DNA from: Takakia lepidozioides
Lineage: Eukaryota; Plantae; Bryophyta
Assembly (NCBI GenBank): GCA_030704615.1
Contig: CM060734.1
Span: 37,262,001 to 37,326,000, forward strand
DNA length: 64,000 nt
Reading direction: 5' to 3'
Positions within the stretch are counted from its first letter, which is position 1. Each line of letters begins with the position of its first letter. Of the stretch, positions 11,485 through 21,699 are shown in pieces. A program made the translations under genes and the position numbers. The notes below the pieces were generated by a model, which saw only the letters and a list, made by a program, of their open reading frames with translations, did no database searches and was not told where the DNA came from.

Positions 11485-14106
11485 TCACCAGTAATCCCCA
11501 CAAGAACAAATCCCATCTTCAAAGTGGTGAAAGCGGTTAGCGTCCCGTACAACAATTGCTCGGCCAACAATCTTTGAGATGAATTTGGTGGAGGTGTGGC
11601 AATCACCACACACTCGAAGATTCTTGATGAGACGGAGAGGCGTCCTAGGGGTCGTACTGATCAGCCCAAAACCAATGGCCAGCCTCTCACTGTGGTGGCA
11701 AAGAGAAAATTCCTTTTCCTCCTCCCCCACATCATGCAATACAAAGCGCGTGTCAGGCACATACCCCGCCTCCTTCATCTGCCCAGACAATCTTCTCAGC
11801 TCAGCATGGATTTCCTTAATTCTGGGATGCAACTTGTCATCTACAACGAAGGTGTGCACCCTGTTGCCAACCTCAATGCAGCAGCAACCTGGCTCCTTTC
11901 TAACCCCTTTGACCTTCATCATTCTTCTCACCTTTGCAGTATCATCCCACCTGCCAGCTGCAGCATAGATGTTTGAGAGCAACACATAAGTCGCAGCATC
12001 CTGTTCATCCCACATGAGGATAGATGTTGCTGCACGTTCAGCCATCTCCACATTGCCATGGATTCTGCAGGCACCAAGCAAGGCCTTCCACACCAGAGCA
12101 TCTGGATTGATGGGCATTTTATTAATCAGGTCCACTGCCTCATCCAGTTGTCCAGCACGTCCAAGAAGGTCCACCATGCAGCCAAAGTGCTTTAGTGTCG
12201 GAGTGACACCATGATCTTGACTCAGGGAATCGAAGTAGCGTCTTCCTTCATTCAGTAGGCCAGCATGGCTGCATGCAGAGAGAACACATATAAAGGTGAT
12301 GCTGTCCGGCTTCAAGCCGTTCTTTTGCATTCCTTCAAATAGTTGCACGACCTCCCTATGACAACCATGCTGTGCATATCCTGCGATCATCGCGTTCCAC
12401 GACACCACATTACGTTCAGCCATATTGTCAAACACTCCCTTTGCATCCTCGATGCACCCACATTTGGCATACATGTCCACCAGGGCAGTGTTCAGGATGA
12501 CATTTGGTACAATTCCAGCTCTGACGGCGTCGCCATGCACCTCTTTGCCCTTTTCCAGGGCTGCCAGGCTTGCACACGCACTGCAAACACACACAAACGT
12601 GATGTGGTCGGGCTTCACCCCTTCCCCCATCATTTGCTCATACGTCTCCAAAGCCTCCATCCCGCGCCCCTGCTGTGCATACCCTGCGAGCATCGCGTTC
12701 CACGACACCACATCTCGTTCAGCCATATTGTCAAACACTCCCTTTGCATCCTCGATGCTCCCACATTTGGCATACATGTCCACCAGGGCAGTGTTCAGGA
12801 TGACCTCGGGTACGATTCCAGCTCTGACGATGTCGCCATGCACCTCTTTGCCCTTTTCCAGGGCTGCCAGGCTTGCACACGCACTGCAAACGCACACAAA
12901 CGTGATGCGGTTGGGCTTCACCCCTTCCCCCATCATTTGCTCATAGGTCTCCAAAGCCTCCATCCCGCGCCCCTGCTGTGCATATCCTGCGAGCATCGCA
13001 CTCCACGACACCACATTTCGTTCAGCCATATTGTCGAAGACTCCCTTTGCATCCTCGATGCTCCCACATTTGGCATACATGTCCACCAGGGCAGTGTTCA
13101 GGATCACATCTGGTACGATTCCAGCTCTGACGATGTCGCCATGCACCTCTTTGCCCTTTTCCAGGGCTGCCAGGCTTGCACACGCATTGCAAACGGACAC
13201 AAATGTGATGCGGTTGGGCTTCACCCCTTCGTACATCATTTGCTCATACGTCTCCAAAGCCTCCATCCCACGCCCCTGCTGTGCATATCCTGCGAGCATC
13301 GCACTCCACGACACCACATTTCGTTCAGCCATATCGTCGAACACTCCCTTTGCATGCTCGATGCTCCCACATTTGGCATACATGTCCACCAGGGTATTGT
13401 TCAGGATCACATCTGGTACGATTCCAGCTCTGACGATGTCGCCATGCACCTCTTTGCCCTTTTCCAGGGCCGCCAGGCTTGCACACGCACTGCAAATGCA
13501 CACAAATGTGATGCGGTTGGGCTTCACCCCTTCCCCGATCATTTGCTCATAGGTCTCCAAAGCATTCCTACCACACCCATGCTTGGTAAATCCTGCCAAC
13601 ATTATATTCCACGTGGTCAAAGATCGTTGAGGCATTCTGTTGAACACTTGGTGAGCATCCATGATGCTCCCGCACTTAACATACATGTTGACAAGGGTGT
13701 TGAGGAGAAAAACATTTGGCATGAATCCACTTTGGATAATGTGAGTGTGCACCTGCTTTCCAGCTTCCAGGCCTTTCACCTTGATGCACTTATGCAAGAG
13801 ACAGACATACATTTCTGAATCTGCTGAAATGCCTCCTTGGTTTAAAGTCTGTAGAGCCTCTTTCAGTCTGCCTGCCTCACAAAGCATCTTCACATGCCCA
13901 GAAGTGCCAGAAGAGGCATTGTGGACTCCCTCTCTTGATCCTCTTCCAGAAGCTGTGGTCATGGTTGACGTGCCTGATTTTATCAACTGTGCCGCTGCAG
14001 CTGCTGCCTTTAGTTGACCATCTACCCATGAAGGTTTCTTGTAGCTATTGATCCACAGGGAATCATAGGTAATTTTGTGCTTGACATCTGGCCCTCTTGG
14101 ATGAAT
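11485..14106 (-). CDS. PLS-class PPR protein with E1-E2-DYW deaminase domain (organellar C-to-U RNA editing factor); last exon of a chimeric gene
   Basis: Uninterrupted ORF with P-L-S triplets, PG box (KEPGCCCIEV), HSERLA, CGDCH and terminal CSCGDYW. Confidence 0.95.
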   Translation of the reverse strand: MHPRGPDVKHKITYDSLWINSYKKPSWVDGQLKAAAAAAQLIKSGTSTMTTASGRGSREGVHNASSGTSGHVKMLCEAGRLKEALQTLNQGGISADSEMYVCLLHKCIKVKGLEAGKQVHTHIIQSGFMPNVFLLNTLVNMYVKCGSIMDAHQVFNRMPQRSLTTWNIMLAGFTKHGCGRNALETYEQMIGEGVKPNRITFVCICSACASLAALEKGKEVHGDIVRAGIVPDVILNNTLVDMYAKCGSIEHAKGVFDDMAERNVVSWSAMLAGYAQQGRGMEALETYEQMMYEGVKPNRITFVSVCNACASLAALEKGKEVHGDIVRAGIVPDVILNTALVDMYAKCGSIEDAKGVFDNMAERNVVSWSAMLAGYAQQGRGMEALETYEQMMGEGVKPNRITFVCVCSACASLAALEKGKEVHGDIVRAGIVPEVILNTALVDMYAKCGSIEDAKGVFDNMAERDVVSWNAMLAGYAQQGRGMEALETYEQMMGEGVKPDHITFVCVCSACASLAALEKGKEVHGDAVRAGIVPNVILNTALVDMYAKCGCIEDAKGVFDNMAERNVVSWNAMIAGYAQHGCHREVVQLFEGMQKNGLKPDSITFICVLSACSHAGLLNEGRRYFDSLSQDHGVTPTLKHFGCMVDLLGRAGQLDEAVDLINKMPINPDALVWKALLGACRIHGNVEMAERAATSILMWDEQDAATYVLLSNIYAAAGRWDDTAKVRRMMKVKGVRKEPGCCCIEVGNRVHTFVVDDKLHPRIKEIHAELRRLSGQMKEAGYVPDTRFVLHDVGEEEKEFSLCHHSERLAIGFGLISTTPRTPLRLIKNLRVCGDCHTSTKFISKIVGRAIVVRDANRFHHFEDGICSCGDYW
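12340..13560. repeat. Near-identical 303-bp tandem PPR triplet repeats (~4 copies)
   Basis: Repeated ccctttgcatcctcgatgctcccacatttggcatacatgtccaccaggg blocks every 303 bp. Confidence 0.9.
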
Positions 14107-15140
14107 CTGTACCCACACTCTACCCCTGCTCCTTCAGCTATCCATCTACCTCTGCACAAAGCATGCATTCATCCTTGCCTTGCTGCTAGCAGCTGACAAT
14201 GACAGCCTAGATTTGTTCTAGGAAACACCCAACTCAGCTTATCACACTAGTTCCTATGCTCATTCTCTCTGTAATCCAACAGGCATCCACCTTTTTGCCT
14301 CGATTGTCCCACCATTGACTGGGGTCAGAAAAGTATTCTTTCCACGGCTTCTCCTCGTCTCTGTTACCTGTTTCTGGATACTTTCCTGTTGTCACATTGG
14401 CAGTATCATGTCAAAGTCACTCCAAACTATCAAAGGTTCACTCAACCAGCTAACTTGCAGAATTCAACATGAAAATTTAGGGCCCGCTCTGATAAGAGGG
14501 AAGAACAGGGTGAAATGTGTTGAAGAAGGTGCCTTCATTGGCAGTGCCTGATTTTATCAATTGTGCCGCTGCTGCTGCGGCTTCCAGTTGACCATCTACC
14601 CATGCAGGTTTCTTGTAGCTATTGATCCACAGGGAATCATAGGTAATCTTGTGCTTGAAATCGAGCCCTCTTGGATGAATCTGGACCCACACTCCATCCC
14701 TGCTCCTTCAGCTATCCATGCCTCTGCACAAATCATGCATACATCCTTGCCTTGCTGCTAGCAACTGACAATGACAGCCTAGAATTCTTCCAGCAAACAC
14801 CCCAACCATACCTATCACACTAGTTCCTATGCTGACTTGCATCTGCTTCCAACAGGCATTCACCTTTTTGTCTCCATTGTCCCACCATTGACTGGTGTCG
14901 AAGAAGTGTTCATTCCAAAGCTTCTCCTCGTCTCTGTTATCTGTTTTTGGATACTTTCCTGCTGCCACATCGGCACTAACTTGTCAAATTCATTCCAAAC
15001 CACCACAGATCCACTGCAACATATGGCAAATAAAAGGCTACAACTTGGATGCAGACACCATATTCAATATGCAAATTCAGGACCGAGTCTGATGAGAGCG
15101 CAAAACAGGCTGAAATAGGTCGAAGAAGAAGGTGCCCTCA
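13970..15140. repeat. ~574-bp tandem duplication of a two-exon PDF-motif module
   Basis: ORFs starting at 14118 and 14692 are near-identical; exons and introns repeat with period 573-574. Confidence 0.9.
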
Positions 15141-15500
15141 CCACATTGTCCTTGACCTTGTGTCATGACCCATGGAGGATTTGACCGACCATCAACCCAA
15201 AAGGACCTCTTGTGTGTGCTGCTTGTGTCTGTAGTCGGGTAATCTCGGATTGGTCTGTGAGAACCACCACGGTGCAGCTGAGCAGGCAGAGATTGAAACA
15301 CGGCCTGCTAAGACCAAGCTGACTCTCCCAAGAACCTTGTAAACATCAGGAAGAATACCAAATCATGGTACTACCAGGAGCCAAGAGCCCACAAACTTCT
15401 TCACATCGTACATTAAGAAAAAGCCACACCTTGCGATTGCGGTTGTCCCACCATCGTGAAGGATCTTTAAAAAACTCATGCCAGCTCTGCTCCGTGCTCC
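14107..15500 (-). CDS. Upstream exons encoding OSB-type PDF motifs spliced toward the PPR-DYW exon
   Basis: Predicted exons ~15500-15430 (SWHEFFKDPSRWWDNRNRK), 15254-15157 (TNPRLPDYRHK.., one extra T), 14958-14864, 14680-14548 and 14385-14291, then 14106 onward. Splice phases are consistent; the donor at 14547 is GC. Confidence 0.7.
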
Positions 15501-15692
15501 AAGTTAAAGGTTTGTGCTCGAAAACACGACAGCATCAACATGTTGACATGGTCCTTTACTGAGGGGTGCTAGTGAGTTTTCAACAACATTCATGCAAGTT
15601 GTCTTGGGCTCCATTGGGCTCTACACGATGAGGAACAACGAACTCCAAACTCTGCTCAAGAAACGTGTGCTTTTACCGAGTTTATAAGTTTC

Positions 15693-15895
15693 AATAGTTT
15701 AGCTCTCAATCGTAGGATTTATCATTCATCCTCTCGGATGGTTCTCTCTCCGTTAAAAGAACTCTGGGTTCGTCCCTCACCGTCAGGTGTGCATGCCTTA
15801 TGGCCCCACAGGGGTTTTTTTTTTCCCGTTATTAATAAAAGACTGGGGCTTCATCCCCTTTCCAAAAATAAATAAATAAATAAAATAGTTTAGCT
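15693..15895 (+). mobile_element. Short retroposon/SINE-like insertion with 12-bp TSD
   Basis: aatagtttagct at 15693-15704 and 15884-15895; (AAAT)n tail; weak B-box-like gggttcgtccc. Confidence 0.55.
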
Positions 15896-16131
15896 TGCCT
15901 CCCTTTCCTCCCTTCCTTGTTCTTTCCCAGGTTTTGGGGTTTTTCTATCATATGTTAAAATACCTCATGTTTCCTGTAAATAAAGTTGTACAGGTTTATA
16001 TCATATATTTACCGAACTTTCAACAAGGATATATCTGTGCTCTTCCAAGGTGGCAGGGGTCAGGGGCCTACATCGACCACCGGTTCGTCGTCGTGCCGTT
16101 CTGATAACCTAGCGGTTAGCACTTGCATGCA

Positions 16132-16252
16132 ATGTTCCTCGTCAGGTAGAGCCCAAAGGAGCCCAAAACAACTTGCATGAATGTTGTTGAAAGCCCCTCA
16201 ATAAAGGACCATGTCAACATGTTGATGATGTTGTATTTTCGAGCACAAACCT
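16132..16252 (+). pseudogene. Inverted partial duplicate of the 5' part of the PDF-PPR gene (left piece)
   Basis: Diverged reverse complement of 15508-15637. Confidence 0.8.
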
Positions 16253-16454
16253 ATGGTATCAGAGCGATAAGCAGGAACAGGGCATACTAGTGAGCCATGC
16301 TCCTAGTAAGGTCAGGTACTTGTTACCAGACACTTAGTGCGGTGAGCATTGCTCCTGACACCTTTTTTTCTGTTGAGAGAAGCAATAGGGTCTTGGAGCC
16401 GTTTCGAGCTCAACCTGGCAGACTCGATCAAGTGAAGATTTCAGGTTCTATGAC

Positions 16455-16600
16455 AACCGGCATGTAGCCTAGTGGTAATGGGCACATACCACGTTGGATG
16501 TGGTGGTGGGTTCAAACCACGGTCAGGTGTGTCATGAAGGTGTCCACCTTTCAGCTGGAAGGCAGTAGCCCTTGTGGTGAAGAGACACCATAAGTTATGG
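16455..16600 (+). mobile_element. tRNA-derived SINE-like sequence inside the Copia leader/gag region
   Basis: A-box tagcctagtggtaa and B-box ggttcaaacc with tRNA-like spacing; no clean cloverleaf. Confidence 0.5.
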
Positions 16601-19600
16601 TACCTTCGGGAGGCGTCATACTCTCTCTTCAGGTGCTACGTTTGTGGCTCGCCCGATCATGCGGCGCGCTACAGCAACAAGAAATTCTTTGCGAAGAAAG
16701 ACGACACTAGCGTAAATCTTGTAGCCCGGGGAGAGGATAGCGATGAGAAATATTCTGACGCTGCTGAGGTGATCGAGACAGCTCTCACCGAAATTGCAAA
16801 CAGTATAGAAAGGGGTGGAAAGCGCCAGCCCTGGTATCTGGACTCTAGCACCACTCGTCATGTGATGGGCGACAAAAGGGCCCTAGATGATATCAAGGAG
16901 AAAGAGGATGGTACAGTCCGCAGGAGGGGAGAAGCACAAAATCATGGGTACTGGAAGTGCCACCTTCTCTACAGATCATAGAAAAATAAAGCTGAACAAG
17001 GTTCTTTACGTGTCAGGTCTATGTCGAACTCTGATTTCGGTAGGTTGTCTTGCAAAGGATGGAAACATAGTTGCCTTCTCGAATTCCAACAGTTGGATTC
17101 TCGATGGCAAGACTGGTAATGCCTTACTGGCAATAGGGAAGAGAGAATGCAAGAACGGCCTGTACCGTATCCACGGGTCACGTGACTCACCAAGTGTCAA
17201 TACTGTTGAAGAAATGGATGTAATAAGGCTTTGGCATTTGTGGTATGGGCATCTAAACCACATAGGTCTTCGTCACTTATGTCGTGAAAGTAGAGTCACC
17301 GGCATGCCAAGACTTGAGGTTTGCGAACACTATTTGGCTGGTAGACAGCGACGTGAACGGTTTCCCAAAAGTTCCAGTAGCCGTGCATCAAAGCCTTTAC
17401 AACTCCTGCATGCAGATTTAGTGGGGCCGTTCCCAGTCGCTTCCCTACACGGCTCGAAAGACATCTTAGTGTTTACTGACGACTACAACAGGAAGTGTTG
17501 GGTATTTTTCCTCAGAAGCAAATCCGAAGCTTTCCAAAAATTTAGATACTTGAAAGAAATGGCGGAAAGGGAGGTCGGCTGCAAAGTTGGTGCTCTGAGG
17601 ACGGATCGAGGTGGAGAATTCACCTCTGGGGAGTTCAATTATGTGAGTCCCATGGCATTCAAAGACAGCTCACGCATGCACTGACACCGGAGCAAAACGG
17701 AATTGTGGAGCGACGGAACAGGACCATCGTCGAGAGAGCAAGAAGTATGATTTCCAACTGTAAGCTTCCTGGCTATCTGTGGGCTGAAGCCATTAACACT
17801 GCTAATTACATAGTGAATCGTAGCCCTACAGTAGCGAACATGGGAGTAACACCAGACGAACAATATCATAAGAAGAAGCCAGAAGTGAGTCACATGAGAA
17901 TCTTTGGATGCTTGAGTTATATGCACGTTCCAAAGATGAAGAGAAACAAGTTGGGCAGTAAAACTCAAAAGGGATTGCTGATGGGTTACGATGAAAAGTC
18001 AACGACTTACAGGATCTATAATCATGAGACAAAGAAAATTGTGATAACACGAGATGTGGTTTGCGACGAAACCAAGTTAGGAATTGCACACCTAGATGCA
18101 AATGTGGTGTTAGAGAAACTTCACTTCCAAACCATAGACAGTCTAAGGAAAAATGACGTAGCCCAGGAGCATATCGAACCAGCAGCGAATCAACCTGAGG
18201 GAGTTCAAAGTGACAACTCTAGCTCGGATTCGGAAGACGACCCAGCCAAATCACAAGCTCCACCAGTACAGGCCTCCCCTCAGGGAGAGATAATCAACCC
18301 AGATATCCAACAAGGGATCGCAGACCTTCGATCAGGTTTAAGGATCACTTTGCACTCAATCTGGATGCAGGCTTGGAACCTGAAGTCGAGCCATAATGTT
18401 ATCAGCAAGCAATCAGGCACGAGGGATGGAGAGCTGCTATACAAAGCAAAGTTGATTCCATCAAGGCAAATCAAACCTGGAGGTTCATGGACTTACCTCA
18501 TGGAAAGTCCCCAATAAATGCGAAGTGGGTGTTCAAAATTAAGAAAGGCAATGGTGGACAGCCAGACAAATTGAAAGCACGAGTTGTGGCCAGAGGATTC
18601 AAACAAGTGCATGGAGTGGATTATTTCAATACCTACGCTCATGTAGTTCGCTGGAGCACTATCAGAGCCATATTAGGTTTGGCTGCAAAGAAGCAGTGGA
18701 AGCTCCATCAACTTGACGTGAAGACCGCCTTCCTGAATGGGAAGATCTCAAAAGAAATCTACATGCAAATCCCTCCAGGCTTTGAAGAGAATGGAAGCAG
18801 GGGAAAGGTATGTAAACTCGAATGTGCCTTACATGGGCTGAATCAGGCACTTCGCGCCTGGTACGAGAGAATAGACACTCACTTGAAGAACCATGGACTT
18901 AATAAGAGTTCTTCTGACTATAATCTATATTATTCGTTGATAGATGGACGCTACACAATTATTCTCTTGTGCATGGATGATTTAATTGTCACAGGGGACA
19001 ACCAAGAAGAAATTGATCGAATTGTCAGGGAGCTTCAGAAAGAAATTTTCAAAATGACTGAGTTGGGGATTGCCGAACAGTACTTACAAGTAGAGCTGAA
19101 CTACACCAAGGAAGGAACTTGGCTGCATAAGGAGAGATACATTCACAAGATACTTCAGAGGTTCGACATGACGGACTGTAACTATGTGTCTACACCAATA
19201 TGCGGAAGCACGAATTTGCAAGCCGACATGGGAGCCCCGTAGGTAGACCGAGTTCTATAATATCAATCATTGATATGAAGTTTGCTTTACACTACAACTA
19301 TTTCCAAACCTGACATTAGCTTTACGGTAGGAACTCTGAGCCGGTTCACACAAAACCCACAAGAGCCTCATCTCATAGCAGCCAAGAGAATCCCGAGATA
19401 TTGAGCAAAGGAACTCCTTCTCACTGCATTCTATTTCCATGCAAGTGCCCTTTCGAACTTGTGACATTCGCAGATGCAGACTTTGGTAGGGACATGGATA
19501 CTCGAAGATCCATTTCGGGGATTGTCCACAAGCTTGGAGGAGCCCCCATAGAATGGTCAAGTAAATGGCAGCCCACGGTTGCTCTAAGCAGAACGGAAGC

Positions 19601-19653
19601 CGCGTGCTGTACGAATCTGCCAAGAATGTGATATATTTAAGGAGGGTACTTAC

Positions 19654-19810
19654 CTTCCTGCTCTATCAAGATAGAATTGAGCTTCCTCTATCGTCTTAAA
19701 GCTCTTGAATTCAACCATGCTATAACCCTTCACCTAAGCATTGCATTCGGACCAATAAGTAAAGATTCCAGGACGGATTCCTCTTCGAACTACGTAAAAT
19801 TTCTTGACTA
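19654..19810 (-). pseudogene. RNase H1 N-terminal hybrid-binding (Cauli_VI/viroplasmin-like) domain exon, antisense within the Copia
   Basis: KFYVVRRGIRPGIFTYWSECNA*VKGYSMVEFKSFKTIEEAQFYL followed by a GTAAGT donor at 19653-19648. Confidence 0.75.
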
Positions 19811-20179
19811 TAACCCTGGTAGAATCATCGGTCCTAATCTCTCTTGTAGACGAACTACCATGTCGACAATCAGAGGGAGCTAGAGTCAGTTGTTCATCTC
19901 CCCGCCTCAGGAGATCAACAAGCTTCAACAACAAATTCTGCAGCCAAGCGCAACAATGACGAAGTGACCCCCAACAAGAATTAGAGGCCTACACAGAATA
20001 TCTCCCACTATCAAGGCATAGAAAAACTTGTTGCATCAACGTTAAGAGGTTGTGATAGAAAGATTAGAAGTAGAGTATTAGAATACTTACTGCTACGAGT
20101 TGATCGATCGATATTCTTGACAAGTCCATCCTCACCGAACTGAGTAGTAGAATTAGAAAGATGCCAATGCGAGAGGGAG

Positions 20180-20427
20180 TGTTAGAGTTTACGCATTAGC
20201 ATCATCCTATAGCTGACGTCACACTTCGGCTATCAGCAAATGGATAGTTGATGACGTAGGAAGTTAACTTTGGGCTCAACAATTATCGCAGGGTCACTGG
20301 CATTTCGAGGTGACTCTTGGTAAACCTAACGAACAGTAGCAAATAGATAAATAGTTCCTGGAACCAGTGTCTCAGTATCTCTTTGTACGGTTACCCGCTT
20401 CAATTGAATCCGTTGTTAACTTTAACA
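20180..20427 (+). repeat. Copia 3' LTR (TGTTAG...TTAACA)
   Basis: Starts directly after the PPT; host-derived sequence resumes at 20428. Confidence 0.75.
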
Positions 20428-20712
20428 GTTAGTACCATGATTTGGTATTCTTCCTGTTGTTTACAAGGTTTTTGGGGAGAGTCAGTTTGGTCTCAGCAGG
20501 CCGTCAAATCCTCCATGCGTCGTGGCACAAGGTCAAGGACAATGTGGTGAGGGCACCTTCTTCTTTGACCTATTTCAGTGTGTTTTGCCCTTTCATCAGA
20601 CTCGGCCCTGAATTTGCATATTGAATTATGTAAATTAGCTCGTTGGGTGGATCTGTGGTGGTTTTGAGTGAAAGTTACTGCCGATGTGGCAACGGGAAAG
20701 TATCCAAAAAAC
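20428..20712 (+). pseudogene. Inverted partial duplicate of the 5' part of the PDF-PPR gene (right piece)
   Basis: Diverged reverse complement of 15300-15375 and ~14945-15186. Confidence 0.8.
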
Positions 20713-21699
20713 ATATGATGCACCTCAACAACGACAAAATCTTTCTTAACTTCTGTCCCACATGAACATTGGTTGCTAACTCGACTTTGATCATGTCCTC
20801 ATCGCAGTTGTTTCAATCCAAACCTGGAGCAGCAGTCTTTGTGTGCAACTAAACAAAGCAATGAAAGCTTCAAATCTTTGTCGTGAGAAATGGGCCTAGC
20901 TTGCAAGTTTGACTCAGTCAATGCTAACTGGGTGCATCTGGAAGCATGGGATAGCTAGGCACGTTGTTGCTTACACTCTGTTTTGAATCATGTGCATCTG
21001 CTGGGCCGTGAGGCCGGGGCTGTATGGAGGATAGCTTTCTCAACATTTACGTGCGGTGCGGCAAAAGAGACAGAGATAAAGACTTCATATTTCAGAGCCG
21101 AGATTAGAAGAGGGGCCTTCAGGGCTGGCATCATTCCACTAAGAAGACGGTCATGGCAGAGAAGCTTGGTGGTAAGGATACATTTGTGATGATGGAAGCT
21201 TTTAGAAAGTTGGGTGGCAACACGCAGATATTTGACAATGAGCTGGGGTTGTCGATCGGAAAGTTGTGTATGTGGTAGTGCTGACAGTGCTCATTGGCGG
21301 ACGACGCTATCGCATGAGCGTGTGAGTGTACGCTCACGCAATGGTGACGGGGCGTGAGCGTGAAGCTGACGTGGCAGTCAAGAAGATGACGTGGCATTTG
21401 GACAACGTGGCAGACGCCATGCAGCAGAAATGTATTGCGCCTATAGCCGAGGGTATAGCCGTGGCATTCATTCATCAAAACTGGAAACCAAAACGACACA
21501 AATGACAAACCAGATATGACTTGTGAAAACATTTGAATCCATTCCATTTATTTCACAACAATTACACATAAGATATAGCACACATTGCACAACATAATTG
21601 CAAGCTGCACTGGTACCAAATATACTAGGAGACATCAAGTTCAAGATTCATTTCATATGAAATCCAGTAATGAAAATTGCAGAGGACCAAAGTGAACAT

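Larger units (their letters stand above)
16254..20427 (+). mobile_element. Ty1/Copia LTR retrotransposon, degenerate, 5' LTR missing
   Basis: PBS tggtatcagagc 16254-16265; zinc knuckle CYVCGSPDH; protease WYLDSSTTRH; GAG-pre-integrase and integrase (LHADLVGP, RTDRGGEF, ERRNRT); RT (KARVVARGF, QLDVKTAFLNG, LCMDDL); truncated RNase H (FADADFG..TRRS); PPT gagagggag 20171-20179. Confidence 0.92.

Noticed and set aside
11485-11800. U-to-C (DYW:KP) editing domain
   Set aside because: Retains the PG box, HSE and terminal DYW, so it is the ordinary C-to-U type.
12343-13818. 491-aa His-rich repetitive + strand ORF (and the 173-aa ORFs)
   Set aside because: Antisense shadow of the PPR repeats.
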